DNA of 64,000 nt, from assembly GCA_964394405.1 (NCBI GenBank), contig CAYMVY010000002.1, positions 64,092 through 128,091 on the forward strand, read 5' to 3'. The position numbers were made by a program, and so were the translations under genes. The stretch is from an uncultured Gammaproteobacteria bacterium. GTDB taxonomy: Bacteria; Patescibacteriota; Patescibacteriia; Magasanikbacterales; UBA922. Positions 8,744-18,764 of the stretch are shown here, piece after piece. Below the pieces are notes generated by a model. The model was given only the letters and a program-made list of their open reading frames with translations. It did no database searches and was not told the origin of the DNA. How positions within the stretch are numbered: the first letter of the stretch is position 1; each line of letters opens with the position of its first letter.

Positions 8744-10372
8744 TTAAATCACACTCCCGCCAAGCGCAGCTGCAAGGTCAGAGAGATCGGCGGCTGCGTT
8801 TTTTTGTTGCATATTTTCATTCACCTTTACTTCGAGCGCAAGTCGAAAACCGAGGATGGTTGCTAAGCCATCTTCAATTTTTTTCTTATTTGATATCTGT
8901 ATAATTTTGTCATGGTGAAAACTATACCCAACAGACAGTGAAAGTATCCCATTTTTTGCTGACGTTAGCTCAGCATTTTTGAGAATAAAAATCAGTGAAG
9001 GTGTTGTTTTTTCAATTTCAGCAATGAGTGAGTTCCATGCTTTTTTTACTTGCGCCATGTCTATGTTTTCTGGGGCATCTGTAGTTGGGGTAGGGTCTAG
9101 TTGTATTTCCGGTGTTGGAGCGGGAATCACTGGCTTGTGATTTGAGATTGAAGATTGAATATTGGGTTTTTGATCTGTTGCTTCTGGAGGTGTAGGTGAA
9201 CTTTGGGTTTTGGGCTTTGAGCTCGAAATATCTGAAGAAGTAACCTGTTTTTGATTTGAAAGAGGACTTTGCGAAGAAGCTTCGTCTCTAGATGACCATT
9301 CTACGACTAAGAGTTCGAGTGGTAGGTAGGGAAGTGGAGAAGATTTTATTTCTCCCATACGAGCAATTGCACAGTCGGTAAGTTCAACAATTTCTCGTCG
9401 CGTGATTTTTTTTGTAAGGTCGATGAGATTGTTGAAATCTGCATCAGGGAGGTAGGCTTCGTGGCGCGCAAGTTTGGGATCAATTGAAGTGATCAGTAGG
9501 ATACGGATAAGTTGTACAATTTCTTCCATGAAAATATGAGGGTATGTTCCTTGCTCGCTTAGTCTATGTATGTCATCTAGTCCGGCTGTAGCATTTTTTT
9601 CTACCAGATGAGTGAGGAACGTTAGTTGTGTTTCGTTTGAAGTGGCGGGCATTACAAATGACGCGCTTTCAAGCGTAATCTTTTTTTGCCCCAGGGCGAT
9701 TATCTGATCCAGGAGACTCACTGCGTCTCTAGCTCCACCCCGAGCTTTTCGTACGATTGCAGCGAGCACGTCGTCGTGCACCTCGATTCCTTCTTCTGTC
9801 GCAATTTTTGAGAGATGCGTCTTCATGGTGTCGTCAGGCACTCGAGAAAAGGCGAATCTCTGACAGCGAGAGATGACTGTTGCGGGCAATTTTTGCGCAT
9901 CAGTTGTCGCGAGTATAAAGACCACGTGCTCGGGCGGTTCTTCTAGTGTTTTCAAGAGGGCGTTGAAGGCGGCTGTGGACAACATGTGTACCTCGTCCAC
10001 GATGAAAATTTTGTATTTTCCCCTCGTTGGTTTGAACTGTGCATTATCAATAATATTTTCTCGCACATTGTCAACGCCGGTCTGACTCGCAGCGTCAATT
10101 TCTATGACATCAATTGATCGAGAAGCTGATATATCTTTGCACGAATCGCATGTGTCACAGGGATTTGGTTCATCTGACTTTCGATTCGTACAATTCAAAG
10201 ATTTCGCTAAAATACGGGCAGTTGTGGTCTTTCCAACCCCATGTGGGCCAGAGAATAGATATGCGTGCGCTACTTTGTTACCTGTAATTTCGTTCTTGAG
10301 CGTGGTGATAATGTGCTCCTGGTGAATGACTGTTTCAAACGTCTGTGGACGGTGTTTGTGATAGAGAGCCAT
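8744..10372 (-). CDS. dnaX: DNA polymerase III subunit gamma/tau
   Basis: Walker A GPHGVGKTT, zinc module CxxC-CDxC, clamp-loader boxes, Pro/Ser-rich linker. Confidence 0.9.
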   Translation of the reverse strand: MALYHKHRPQTFETVIHQEHIITTLKNEITGNKVAHAYLFSGPHGVGKTTTARILAKSLNCTNRKSDEPNPCDTCDSCKDISASRSIDVIEIDAASQTGVDNVRENIIDNAQFKPTRGKYKIFIVDEVHMLSTAAFNALLKTLEEPPEHVVFILATTDAQKLPATVISRCQRFAFSRVPDDTMKTHLSKIATEEGIEVHDDVLAAIVRKARGGARDAVSLLDQIIALGQKKITLESASFVMPATSNETQLTFLTHLVEKNATAGLDDIHRLSEQGTYPHIFMEEIVQLIRILLITSIDPKLARHEAYLPDADFNNLIDLTKKITRREIVELTDCAIARMGEIKSSPLPYLPLELLVVEWSSRDEASSQSPLSNQKQVTSSDISSSKPKTQSSPTPPEATDQKPNIQSSISNHKPVIPAPTPEIQLDPTPTTDAPENIDMAQVKKAWNSLIAEIEKTTPSLIFILKNAELTSAKNGILSLSVGYSFHHDKIIQISNKKKIEDGLATILGFRLALEVKVNENMQQKNAAADLSDLAAALGGSVI

Positions 10373-10470
10373 AGGTATTTTTTTCGTGTGTTGGTAATAT
10401 TTTTTTATCTGAAATTCAGAGCTAGTATATCTTACATTTTTTTTTGTTTCAACCCGATGATTAGGCCCCC

Positions 10471-10499
10471 TACTTGCGAGGGTAAGGGTAAGATGCTAT
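10471..10499 (+). promoter_or_regulatory. candidate promoter TTGCGA-N17-TATACT upstream of SWIB gene
   Basis: Read directly. Confidence 0.35.
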
Positions 10500-10544
10500 A
10501 CTCTCCCTGCATAGCACATTTTAATTATATTTAATCATATCTCT

Positions 10545-10808
10545 ATGCCACGCAAAGCAAATCCAGCGCTCATGAGACCATATAAGGTTTCAGCTGAGCT
10601 CGCAGCAGTAGTAGGAGCAGGTCCTATGCCTCGCTCACAGGTAGTAAAGAAAATGTGGGAATATATCAAGAAGAATGATCTTCAGAATCCAAAGAACAAA
10701 CGAAACATTCTCGCAGATGACAAACTCAAAGCAATTTTTGGTGGCAAGAGTGAAGTGACCATGTTTGAAATGGCTAAACTCGTAAACAATCATTTAACTG
10801 CTGCCTAA
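10545..10808 (+). CDS. SWIB/MDM2-domain protein
   Basis: 87-aa protein with characteristic SWIB motif (...QVVKKMWEYIKKNDLQNPKNKRNI...). Confidence 0.8.
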   Translation: MPRKANPALMRPYKVSAELAAVVGAGPMPRSQVVKKMWEYIKKNDLQNPKNKRNILADDKLKAIFGGKSEVTMFEMAKLVNNHLTAA

Positions 10809-10833
10809 GGCTCGATTCAATTCAAGTATTTTA

Positions 10834-10867
10834 CCCTGCACCAGAACGGTGCAGGGTTTGTTTTTGT
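10834..10867. terminator. terminator hairpin ccctgcacc-agaac-ggtgcaggg + T-run (identical hairpin recurs at 27926)
   Basis: Seen directly; exact 23-nt repeat at 27926-27948. Confidence 0.65.
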
Positions 10868-10942
10868 CCTTTGATTGACAATGTATAATAGAAGTGTTTA
10901 ACTTTTTCAAGTGTCTTTCCTCTTTTTGGTCGGAGTAAGCCA

Positions 10943-11167
10943 ATGACTAGTAGAAATTACGGTGCACGTCCGCCCCAGGGGGCTGAGTGGCAGATCGGGA
11001 AGACTGCTGCCTCAATCAAGTTCGTCAACGATGCTGTCCGGTACATCGAGACGTGTCAGAACGAGCAGGATCGAGGGAAGCTTCTCGGTGCGGTCGAGAA
11101 GCTCAAGCGTGGAGAAATGGTGCTCGAGGCCTCGCTCGACCCCGAAGACTTTCTCTCCCAAGAGTGA
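10943..11167 (+). CDS. hypothetical 74-aa protein in GC-rich island (extended -10 TGTATAAT at 10883-10890, GGAG Shine-Dalgarno)
   Basis: Promoter, Shine-Dalgarno, ORF and terminator arranged as a compact cassette; no homology recognised. Confidence 0.4.
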   Translation: MTSRNYGARPPQGAEWQIGKTAASIKFVNDAVRYIETCQNEQDRGKLLGAVEKLKRGEMVLEASLDPEDFLSQE

Positions 11168-11241
11168 CAACAGCACACTCCAGTCCTGTCCGAAGAAGTT
11201 CTACCCTGAACCATTCGGGGCAGGACTTCTTCATAAAATTA

Positions 11242-11269
11242 AACCCCGGCTAGTGCCGGGGTTTTGTTT
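11242..11269 (+). terminator. terminator hairpin aaccccggc-tagt-gccggggtt + T-run
   Basis: Seen directly. Confidence 0.55.
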
Positions 11270-11356
11270 GATTCTTAAAATATATAATACATTTGCCACC
11301 CCCGTACCCCTTGAGTTTGGCTTAACCTAAGTTTGAAGAACAATAAGAATTAGTAT

Positions 11357-12082
11357 TTAACTTGCGATGATGTTCTCCACCGCTCCCCACGAGCTTGGAG
11401 CATCTTTTGGTACCAGAATCACGACATGATCTCCGGGTTTGCCGTGGTAGAACGTGGCTGAAGCGGTGAGGATTTTGTATGTCTTTCCTTCGTGTACGAC
11501 GCTCCAGAGCTGAGTTGCTTCATCGAATTGCAAAACTCCGATAATGCGTTTGCGTTCGATTGGGCCGATTTGTTTGTAGATAAATTTGCCGTACGTCGTA
11601 ATCGTCAACTTCATATGATCGCCTTCGACCAGCTTTGATTTGCTTGCATAGTTTGGAGGCACTGCATATTCATGTCCGTCTGGACCCACCATTTTTTCAC
11701 CATTGAATACTCCTTCTAGTATTTGTTCGCCTCCAGTTGTTTGACTGTTGAATGGAGTTTGTTGTGATTCAACTGTATTTGTATTATTACTGGGCGAGGG
11801 GGATGGAAAGGCAGGGAAAAGGGGTAATTTGCCATCAGTTATCTCAAGTAGGCGAATGATACTCCCCACCTCATCTTTCAAAGCGTAGAGGCGTTTTTTG
11901 AGCTCGGTGACGTTGATTTCTGATAATGTTGGCTCGGGTTTACTACCTTGGTTATCGCTTATGCTTGATACAGGGGTAGAATCAAGTGGAAGATCAGAAA
12001 AAGTGGGGAGTTCTTTGTCCTTATCGTGTGGTGGATCAATTCCTGCAAGTGAAAAATTAAGATAGTTTGAGATGTGGTCCAT
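11357..12082 (-). CDS. hypothetical protein (Pro/Ser-rich N-half, about 110-aa C-terminal globular domain), last gene of the ATPase operon
   Basis: ORF only; no family recognised. Confidence 0.55.
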   Translation of the reverse strand: MDHISNYLNFSLAGIDPPHDKDKELPTFSDLPLDSTPVSSISDNQGSKPEPTLSEINVTELKKRLYALKDEVGSIIRLLEITDGKLPLFPAFPSPSPSNNTNTVESQQTPFNSQTTGGEQILEGVFNGEKMVGPDGHEYAVPPNYASKSKLVEGDHMKLTITTYGKFIYKQIGPIERKRIIGVLQFDEATQLWSVVHEGKTYKILTASATFYHGKPGDHVVILVPKDAPSSWGAVENIIAS

Positions 12083-12213
12083 ATTGATGTTTATTAGTTG
12101 ATTGGTTTATTTGTTGATTGAATTCAAAACTCAAATCTTTCGACAAGCTCAAGGCAAGGTTTTAAGATTTAAGTTGTAAGTTTTGATATTTGAGTTTTTC
12201 GTTTTGAGTTTAT

Positions 12214-14790
12214 TTATAGGCTTGCTTCTATCATGTCTGTTTTACCACTTTCGCTACTTTCTCCGAGTTTGGTACGCTCCATAATCTCTGCCTCTACAAT
12301 ACGTCGGTCGCGTCCATATTTCAAGCGGGATAATTCACGTATTGCTTCACCAAGTTCTCGATTGCCTGCAGTTGGGGGGTACGTCGACATGTTGAATGGT
12401 TTGGTGGGTTCATTGTCAACCAGTAGCTTCACGTTTGCGGTGAATTTTTCGACATTCATAAGGTCGTAGGGACCAAATACTGGAGCGAATTCTTTGGCGA
12501 GCAATTCTGCGTCTTCGGGTCCGATTCTGAATGCTGCCATAGTTCCCGCATTTCCTAATACTGCATCTCTGATGTCGCTTTTGCCTTTTTCATCAGTCAA
12601 TTGCCCGAGATATTGATGGGCGATGATGAGATCCAGACGATATTTACGGGCTTCGGAAAGAATCGTTGCGATTGAATCAGTGATAAAGTTTTGGAACTCG
12701 TCGATGTAGAGATAGAAATCTTTTCTCTGATCCTCTGGTAGATCAGCTCGTCCGAGCGCAGCCATCTGGAGTTTGGCTACAATAATCAAGCCGATTAATT
12801 TTGCATTTACTTCACCTGTTTTTCCTTTTGCTAGATTTACAATCAGGATTTTCTGTTTGTCCATGACGTCTCTGAAATCAAATCCTGATTTTTGTTGACC
12901 CATGATATTTCGCATCATTTCGTTTTCCACAAACCGTCCGACTTTTGAGATAAGATATCCCAACATTTCTGATTTGTGAAAGTCACTTGTCTTTGCCATT
13001 TCTTTTTCCCAGAATGCACGCACTACTGGATCTTTCAATTTGACTAAATACTTTTTTACGTACGCATCATCGGTGAACATGCGAGGAATATCGATAATGG
13101 TTCCTGGATCATCCAAATCTGCCATGAGGGTGAGCATTACATTGCGCATGTTGTGCTCAAACATAGGGCCGATCATTTCAGGAGGGAAGAGCTTGTAGAA
13201 AATGGCGATCATTTCCTGTACTGCAAAATCTTTTTCATCCTCACTGTGCGCTTCAAGCATGTTTAGCCCGACAGGTCTCTCAATATCAGAAGGATTGAAA
13301 ATGATGACATCATCAGCACGTTCTTTTGGAATATGTTGAAGCACGTAGTCTGCAAAATCTCCGTGTGGATCGATGACCGCTACTCCTTTTCCATTGACAA
13401 TATCCTGAACTGCGAGGTTTTCGATAAATACGGATTTTCCACCTCCAGATTTTCCGACGATGTAGAGGTGTCGTCTTCGGTCTTCTTCCTTCATGCGTAC
13501 CGGATATTCCTGCCCTCGATAGAGCACGCGGCCGAGAACTATTCCTTCTTTGGGGAGATTTGGTGGTGGCGGCGCTTTGCGAGCCATCAACCATTTGATA
13601 TTCGGAGCCTCGGTCGAATGAAGGGGGAGGTGCCAGAAACTCGCCATTTCTTCGGTATTGAGCGTACTGTAGCGTTTTTCATGGAATGAACGATAAATAA
13701 AAGAACGTATAATACTTTGTGGATTTTTTGGAATTGCAGCTCCGAGTGAATTGCCATACCGGTACAAATTGTATTGTGCAAATGAATTCACGATATTATC
13801 GAGATTGAGGCTTGCGAGTTCAGGACTATCTGATGCGGAGACGACTCGGATTGTTACTTCAAGCCCACCTTTGATCAGTTTTTCTTCTATTCCCTTCATC
13901 ATCTCATCTTCTAGTGCAGAGAGTTGGTAGTGTTCTTTTCCCTGTGTTTGATCTTTGGTATTAATTGTTGCCTGACGTTTCACCTCGCTTCCTACTGCAT
14001 TGATAAAATTTCCGAGTTTATTGCCACCAATCACTTCTTCAAATTTTTTCCCTTTGCGAACTTCGCGGACAATGTGTACACCTTTTTTTCTCCATTTTTT
14101 GGGAGCTGCTCGAACTACGAATTGTATTGCGGCAGAGCTATTCTGTTCATGAATCCGCGCCATGGCATTCAATACTCCAGACATAGGATCAGAATCCATT
14201 TTTTTGTATGTTTTGAAGGGGAGTGCTGCTACCTGCTTGCCTGTGAGGTATGCTCCGACAATTGCGCTGTGTTCTCCAAAAATATTGTAATCAGTAATTT
14301 CTTCAATATGTGCGTAGGGATACTGTGCATTGATCTGTTGTTCAATAAAAGGTTTGAGTTTTTGCGGAACTCCTACATAGAAATTAATCAGATTGTTGTG
14401 GACCACTACTTCAAATGAGATATGGTCATTGCGACCTCGCATCCATGCCTTGATTCCATGTTCTGGTTTGAGTCCTGCAAGAGTTGAAAAGAAGGTTTCA
14501 GTAATTCCAATTTCTTCTTTGATATGTTCCAGGCGGTCATCCTGCGAATTATTACTTGTTCCCTCGGATTTTCTTTCTTTTGGGACCAGGACATGTATCA
14601 CCACCCGATCAAATGCTTTTTGAATTTTTTGTATTGAATGGAGTACGTTTCGGACAATAAAAATAATAATCGTAGTGACAACAAGAGCGAGCGCTATGGT
14701 GACCAGTGCTGAGCCCGACAGGTCTACACTAGGAAGCATGAGTGTCTCTGTTTCTGGGAAGCCAGTGGTGAGTTGAAGAATAGGCAGCAT
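12214..14790 (-). CDS. membrane-anchored P-loop ATPase, TraD/TraG/VirD4 (type IV coupling protein)-like
   Basis: N-terminal TM helices, Walker A YIVGKSGGGKS, Walker B LYIDEFQNF, C-terminal AHQYLGQL region as in TraG-D_C; assignment by eye. Confidence 0.55.
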   Translation of the reverse strand: MLPILQLTTGFPETETLMLPSVDLSGSALVTIALALVVTTIIIFIVRNVLHSIQKIQKAFDRVVIHVLVPKERKSEGTSNNSQDDRLEHIKEEIGITETFFSTLAGLKPEHGIKAWMRGRNDHISFEVVVHNNLINFYVGVPQKLKPFIEQQINAQYPYAHIEEITDYNIFGEHSAIVGAYLTGKQVAALPFKTYKKMDSDPMSGVLNAMARIHEQNSSAAIQFVVRAAPKKWRKKGVHIVREVRKGKKFEEVIGGNKLGNFINAVGSEVKRQATINTKDQTQGKEHYQLSALEDEMMKGIEEKLIKGGLEVTIRVVSASDSPELASLNLDNIVNSFAQYNLYRYGNSLGAAIPKNPQSIIRSFIYRSFHEKRYSTLNTEEMASFWHLPLHSTEAPNIKWLMARKAPPPPNLPKEGIVLGRVLYRGQEYPVRMKEEDRRRHLYIVGKSGGGKSVFIENLAVQDIVNGKGVAVIDPHGDFADYVLQHIPKERADDVIIFNPSDIERPVGLNMLEAHSEDEKDFAVQEMIAIFYKLFPPEMIGPMFEHNMRNVMLTLMADLDDPGTIIDIPRMFTDDAYVKKYLVKLKDPVVRAFWEKEMAKTSDFHKSEMLGYLISKVGRFVENEMMRNIMGQQKSGFDFRDVMDKQKILIVNLAKGKTGEVNAKLIGLIIVAKLQMAALGRADLPEDQRKDFYLYIDEFQNFITDSIATILSEARKYRLDLIIAHQYLGQLTDEKGKSDIRDAVLGNAGTMAAFRIGPEDAELLAKEFAPVFGPYDLMNVEKFTANVKLLVDNEPTKPFNMSTYPPTAGNRELGEAIRELSRLKYGRDRRIVEAEIMERTKLGESSESGKTDMIEASL

Positions 14791-14793
14791 ACG

Positions 14794-15363
14794 TTATTCT
14801 AGAGACTGATGTTTTTTGAGGGACAAGATTTTATCTGCCTTGATTTTTGCTTCTTGTTCAATAAAAAATTTGTTAATACCGGGGAGCAATCGAAGCCATT
14901 CGACAAGGAGGCGAAATATTTCCTTTACTTTGAGATGAGTTTTTTTGAACAATTCTCTGATTTTCCATGCAGTCTCCTCACCTTTGATTTTGAATTCCTG
15001 TTGTTGTACGGGGGTTAATTCTCGATAGGCGTCTGCCAGACCTTCTTCCATTACTTGTTCAACTTTTCTGGTGAGTTCATCTTTTACACTAGGAATCACT
15101 GTTTTTTTCTTTTTATTTCCCTTCAGTTTTCTTTTTAGAGCATCAATAGCCGACTCAATATTTTCTATTTTTTCTTGTGGCATTCCTCCTTCTTTATTTT
15201 CTACTGGCTTTTCTATCTTCGGTGTTTCAGGGGTAGGTGAATCAGAAGAAACCTCTTTTGCAGGCAAGGATTCTTTTTGAATGTGAAACGCATTTCCTTC
15301 TTGTGGTTGTGGAGAAAATGCGTGTGGAAGTTTTTTTACATCGTGTTGATCACGTTCGGGCAT
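14794..15363 (-). CDS. hypothetical Lys/Glu-rich protein, first gene of the ATPase operon
   Basis: ORF 4 bp upstream of ATPase gene; no family recognised. Confidence 0.55.
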   Translation of the reverse strand: MPERDQHDVKKLPHAFSPQPQEGNAFHIQKESLPAKEVSSDSPTPETPKIEKPVENKEGGMPQEKIENIESAIDALKRKLKGNKKKKTVIPSVKDELTRKVEQVMEEGLADAYRELTPVQQQEFKIKGEETAWKIRELFKKTHLKVKEIFRLLVEWLRLLPGINKFFIEQEAKIKADKILSLKKHQSLE

Positions 15364-15460
15364 AGATGGAAGTCATGTGGTATGCAAGAAAAAGCGCATA
15401 CAAAATGATGCGCTTATAGTATATCAAAAAATAAATTGTTTAGCTACACAATGTGGAATA

Positions 15461-16828
15461 TTAGTGCGGAAGAACTTCTTGCCCTTGGTCAGTATCTGTG
15501 ACTTCAAAGCCAAGTTTCGCGATTTCATCTCGCAATTGATCGCTTTCGCTCCAGTTTTTTTCTTTGCGCGCTATTTCACGGTCGTCAAGTAATTTCTGGA
15601 CTGCCTCGGGGATTTCTACTTCATTTTTTTGCATATTGCTGAGACCTAGTCCGAGAACTTTGTCGAATGTATATGTTGTAGCGAGTTTTACTTCTTGTGA
15701 CAAATCAGACTTCAGCATTTCGTGAAGTACTGCCATTGCTTGGGGTGTGTTCAAATCTCCAGCTAGGTGTTCAGTGAATTTTGATACATATTTTTCATCA
15801 GATTCTCCAACCGCGTTTCCGAGTGATTGAATCGTGCGATAGAGATTTTCCAAACCTTTTTCCGCAGCATCGAGTGCTTCCCAGGTAAAGTTGAGTTGTT
15901 TTCGATAATGTGCCTGAAGTAGGAAGTAGCGATAGGCGAGCGGGGAATAGCCTTTTTTTACCAGTTCTTGTATGGTGATAAAGTTTCCATCTGATTTGGA
16001 CATTTTTTTCCCATCGACTAATAGCCACTCATTGTGAATCCAGTAGTTTACAAAAGGTTCACCAGTAGCACATTCTGATTGTGCAATTTCATTCTCATGG
16101 TGCGGAAAAATAAGATCAATTCCGCCTGTGTGGATATCAAAGTGGTTACCTAAGTGTTTCATGGACATAGCAGAGCATTCGATATGCCAGCCTGGACGCC
16201 CTTTACCAAGAGGTGTTTCCCAAAACACCTCACCATCCGCCTCATCCCACGCTTTCCATAACGCAAAGTCGTGCGCATTTTCTTTGTCGTAGTTATCTTT
16301 TTTTATTCGTCCGGCTGCATTTTCTTTGAGCGTTTTGAGATCTAGGCCAGAGAGGTGTCCATAGTCTTTCCATGATTGAACATTGAAGTAGACACTTCCA
16401 CTCTCATCGGTATATGCAAAATCTTTTTCAATCAGTTTTTGAATAATTGTGACCATTTCCTCGATATAGTCAGTTGCTTTGGTATAGGTCATGGCTGGCT
16501 GTATATTGAGAATAGACAAATCTTCGTAGAATTTTTTAGTATAATATTCGGTAAATTCTTTCAAACTTTTTCCTTCTTTTTGGGAATCGCGAATAGTCTT
16601 GTCGTCAACGTCGGTAAGATTCATGACATGATTTACGTCATAGCCGTAGGCTATCAGTGTCCGCTTGAGAATGTCTGCGGTAATATATGCTCGATAATTT
16701 CCAATATGAGGATAGTTGTAGACCGTAGGTCCGCAGGTGTAGAGACCAACTTTTTTGTCTGTTTCATTGATCGCTTTGAATGGTTCAATTGTTCGAGTGA
16801 GGGTGTTGTAGAGTTTGAGTTCGGACAT
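15461..16828 (-). CDS. cysS: cysteinyl-tRNA synthetase
   Basis: HIGN and KMSKS class I motifs, zinc-binding Cys, 455 aa. Confidence 0.9.
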   Translation of the reverse strand: MSELKLYNTLTRTIEPFKAINETDKKVGLYTCGPTVYNYPHIGNYRAYITADILKRTLIAYGYDVNHVMNLTDVDDKTIRDSQKEGKSLKEFTEYYTKKFYEDLSILNIQPAMTYTKATDYIEEMVTIIQKLIEKDFAYTDESGSVYFNVQSWKDYGHLSGLDLKTLKENAAGRIKKDNYDKENAHDFALWKAWDEADGEVFWETPLGKGRPGWHIECSAMSMKHLGNHFDIHTGGIDLIFPHHENEIAQSECATGEPFVNYWIHNEWLLVDGKKMSKSDGNFITIQELVKKGYSPLAYRYFLLQAHYRKQLNFTWEALDAAEKGLENLYRTIQSLGNAVGESDEKYVSKFTEHLAGDLNTPQAMAVLHEMLKSDLSQEVKLATTYTFDKVLGLGLSNMQKNEVEIPEAVQKLLDDREIARKEKNWSESDQLRDEIAKLGFEVTDTDQGQEVLPH

Positions 16829-17014
16829 AACAGAGTTTACTAGGTTGGCTAAGTGGTGGCGTATTGTTTATTTGAACTTTGAACTTTGAAATTTGGATTT
16901 TGAACTTTATCTAGTGTACCTGAGAGTATTTTTTCTGTAAATATCGACTTTTCCCATTGCTTGTTTGAATCTGTATGCTATACTTCTTGTATTAGTTATT
17001 AATCAGTTTGAATT

Positions 17015-17359
17015 ATGCTTTTTCTCCTTCGAATTGTGCTCAATGCTGGCGTACTTCTACTTATTTCAAATGTGGTTGAAGGTATTAAGCTCGGGGGATG
17101 GTGGTCCGCAATTGTGACGGTAGTAGTGCTTGGAATCGTGAACGCTTTGATTCGACCGTTAATTCTTATTTTGACTTTGCCTGTAAACATTTTAACACTT
17201 GGATTATTTACTTTTGTTATTAATGCACTCATGTTCTGGTTTGCCTCATCGATTGTCAAAGGATTTGAAGTTGCTGGGTTCTGGCCAGCATTCTGGGGTG
17301 CTCTGTTATTCAGTGTCGCAAGTTGGCTAATTTCAACTCTAGTCTCCAAAAGAAACTAG
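17015..17359 (+). CDS. small 4-TM membrane protein, Phage_holin_4_2/DUF360 (YvlD-like) family
   Basis: GGWWSA motif and 4 TM pattern; family by eye. Confidence 0.55.
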   Translation: MLFLLRIVLNAGVLLLISNVVEGIKLGGWWSAIVTVVVLGIVNALIRPLILILTLPVNILTLGLFTFVINALMFWFASSIVKGFEVAGFWPAFWGALLFSVASWLISTLVSKRN

Positions 17360-17467
17360 TTTTTATATGAAGAAGTATAGCTCGAATCGCGCGGGTAAAG
17401 GAAAGACAGCCTATCGCACTTCGAGCGGGTTTAAGGTACGCGCTAGTCAATTTAATCATTCACGTAT

Positions 17468-18175
17468 ATGGCGAAACGACAAACCAAAATTCTCTCCATT
17501 GGAGGATCGATTATCATCCCCGCGACCGGATTTGATATCGCATTTCTCAAAAAATTCAAAGCCCTTATCCTCGGAGAAGTAACAAAGGGAACGCGATTTA
17601 TTCTCGTTGTTGGCGGGGGAGCGACTGCTCGCACCTATCAAGCTGGACTCAAAGCCTTGATTGGTAGTAATAATCATACACTCGATTTAATTGGGATTGA
17701 AACTACGCGACTAAATGCGAATTTTGTTCGATTATTTTTTGGTCCTCATGCATATGGTGAGGTTATTTTTGATCCAACTAAGCCGGTAAAAACACAAAAA
17801 TCTATTATTGTCGCATGTGGATGGAAGCCGGGGTGTAGTACTGATGCTGATGCAGTATTACTTGCGCGTGCGTATGGCGCAAAAGAATTGATTAATGTTT
17901 CAAATATCGAATATGTATACACCAAAGATCCGAATAAGTTTGCTGATGCGGAAAAAGTAGAAGTGATTGATTGGGAGACATATCGAAGAGAGATTGTAGG
18001 AGATACCTGGACACCGGGAAAAAATTCTCCATTTGATCCAATTGCAAGTAGAGATGCAGAGAAATATGGAATGAGTGTATCAATTGTTCGTGGATCTGAT
18101 CTTCTCGAAGTAAAGAAAGCGATTCAAGGAAAGAAATTCAAGGGTACTATTATTCGTCCATTCATCAGATTGTAA
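17468..18175 (+). CDS. pyrH: uridylate (UMP) kinase, archaeal-type
   Basis: VVGGGATAR, GIETTRLNA and ...DGVY..DP... motifs aligning with archaeal PyrH. Confidence 0.8.
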   Translation: MAKRQTKILSIGGSIIIPATGFDIAFLKKFKALILGEVTKGTRFILVVGGGATARTYQAGLKALIGSNNHTLDLIGIETTRLNANFVRLFFGPHAYGEVIFDPTKPVKTQKSIIVACGWKPGCSTDADAVLLARAYGAKELINVSNIEYVYTKDPNKFADAEKVEVIDWETYRREIVGDTWTPGKNSPFDPIASRDAEKYGMSVSIVRGSDLLEVKKAIQGKKFKGTIIRPFIRL

Positions 18176-18397
18176 GTAGATACACACGAATTACGCATTG
18201 CTGGTTAATGTTTTGAGTTTATTGGTGATTCGTATGTAATCGGTTTATACAAAAAGACCAGTTGTAGATTCTCCTTTTGCCACATCCGATATGTATCGGG
18301 TACAGCAATGGGGGTGCAACTGGTCTTGTTGTTCCCCCCGACTCGCGTGAGCGAGCTATTTCGGCAGTGATGCCGCTACGGTATCAGGGGCGGAGGC

Positions 18398-18628
18398 TTA
18401 GAAGCCTCCGATGTCGAGATCGCTCAGGGTTCGTGCGGGAACTTTCTGACTCTTGTTCTCCATGGTTGTGTTGGGCGGGGGAACGTGGCCACTGACCATC
18501 GTCGAGGGAGGGGGCACCTCCGTAGTCATCTCCTGCTCGGGCGGGTTCCAGGATGATTCCTGGGACATCACCACGATCAGGATGAGGACGATAATCAGTA
18601 CGATTACACCAATAATCGTGCCAATCAT
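18398..18628 (-). CDS. hypothetical small membrane protein (76 aa; N-terminal TM, Pro-rich tail) in GC-rich island
   Basis: Own promoter TTGACA-N16-TATACT (plus coords 18681-18708), GGAGA Shine-Dalgarno; alternative plus-strand ORFs are Arg-rich GC artefacts. Confidence 0.4.
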   Translation of the reverse strand: MIGTIIGVIVLIIVLILIVVMSQESSWNPPEQEMTTEVPPPSTMVSGHVPPPNTTMENKSQKVPARTLSDLDIGGF

Positions 18629-18764
18629 TGTGATCTCCGCATGACTTGACGGTTTGAGACGACAGATATCACAAGCACAGAGTATAGACCCACTGCGTCC
18701 AGTGTCAATAGTTTTTATTCAAATCTTGATTATTTATCCACCGTGAGGTACTCTCGATCTGAGT

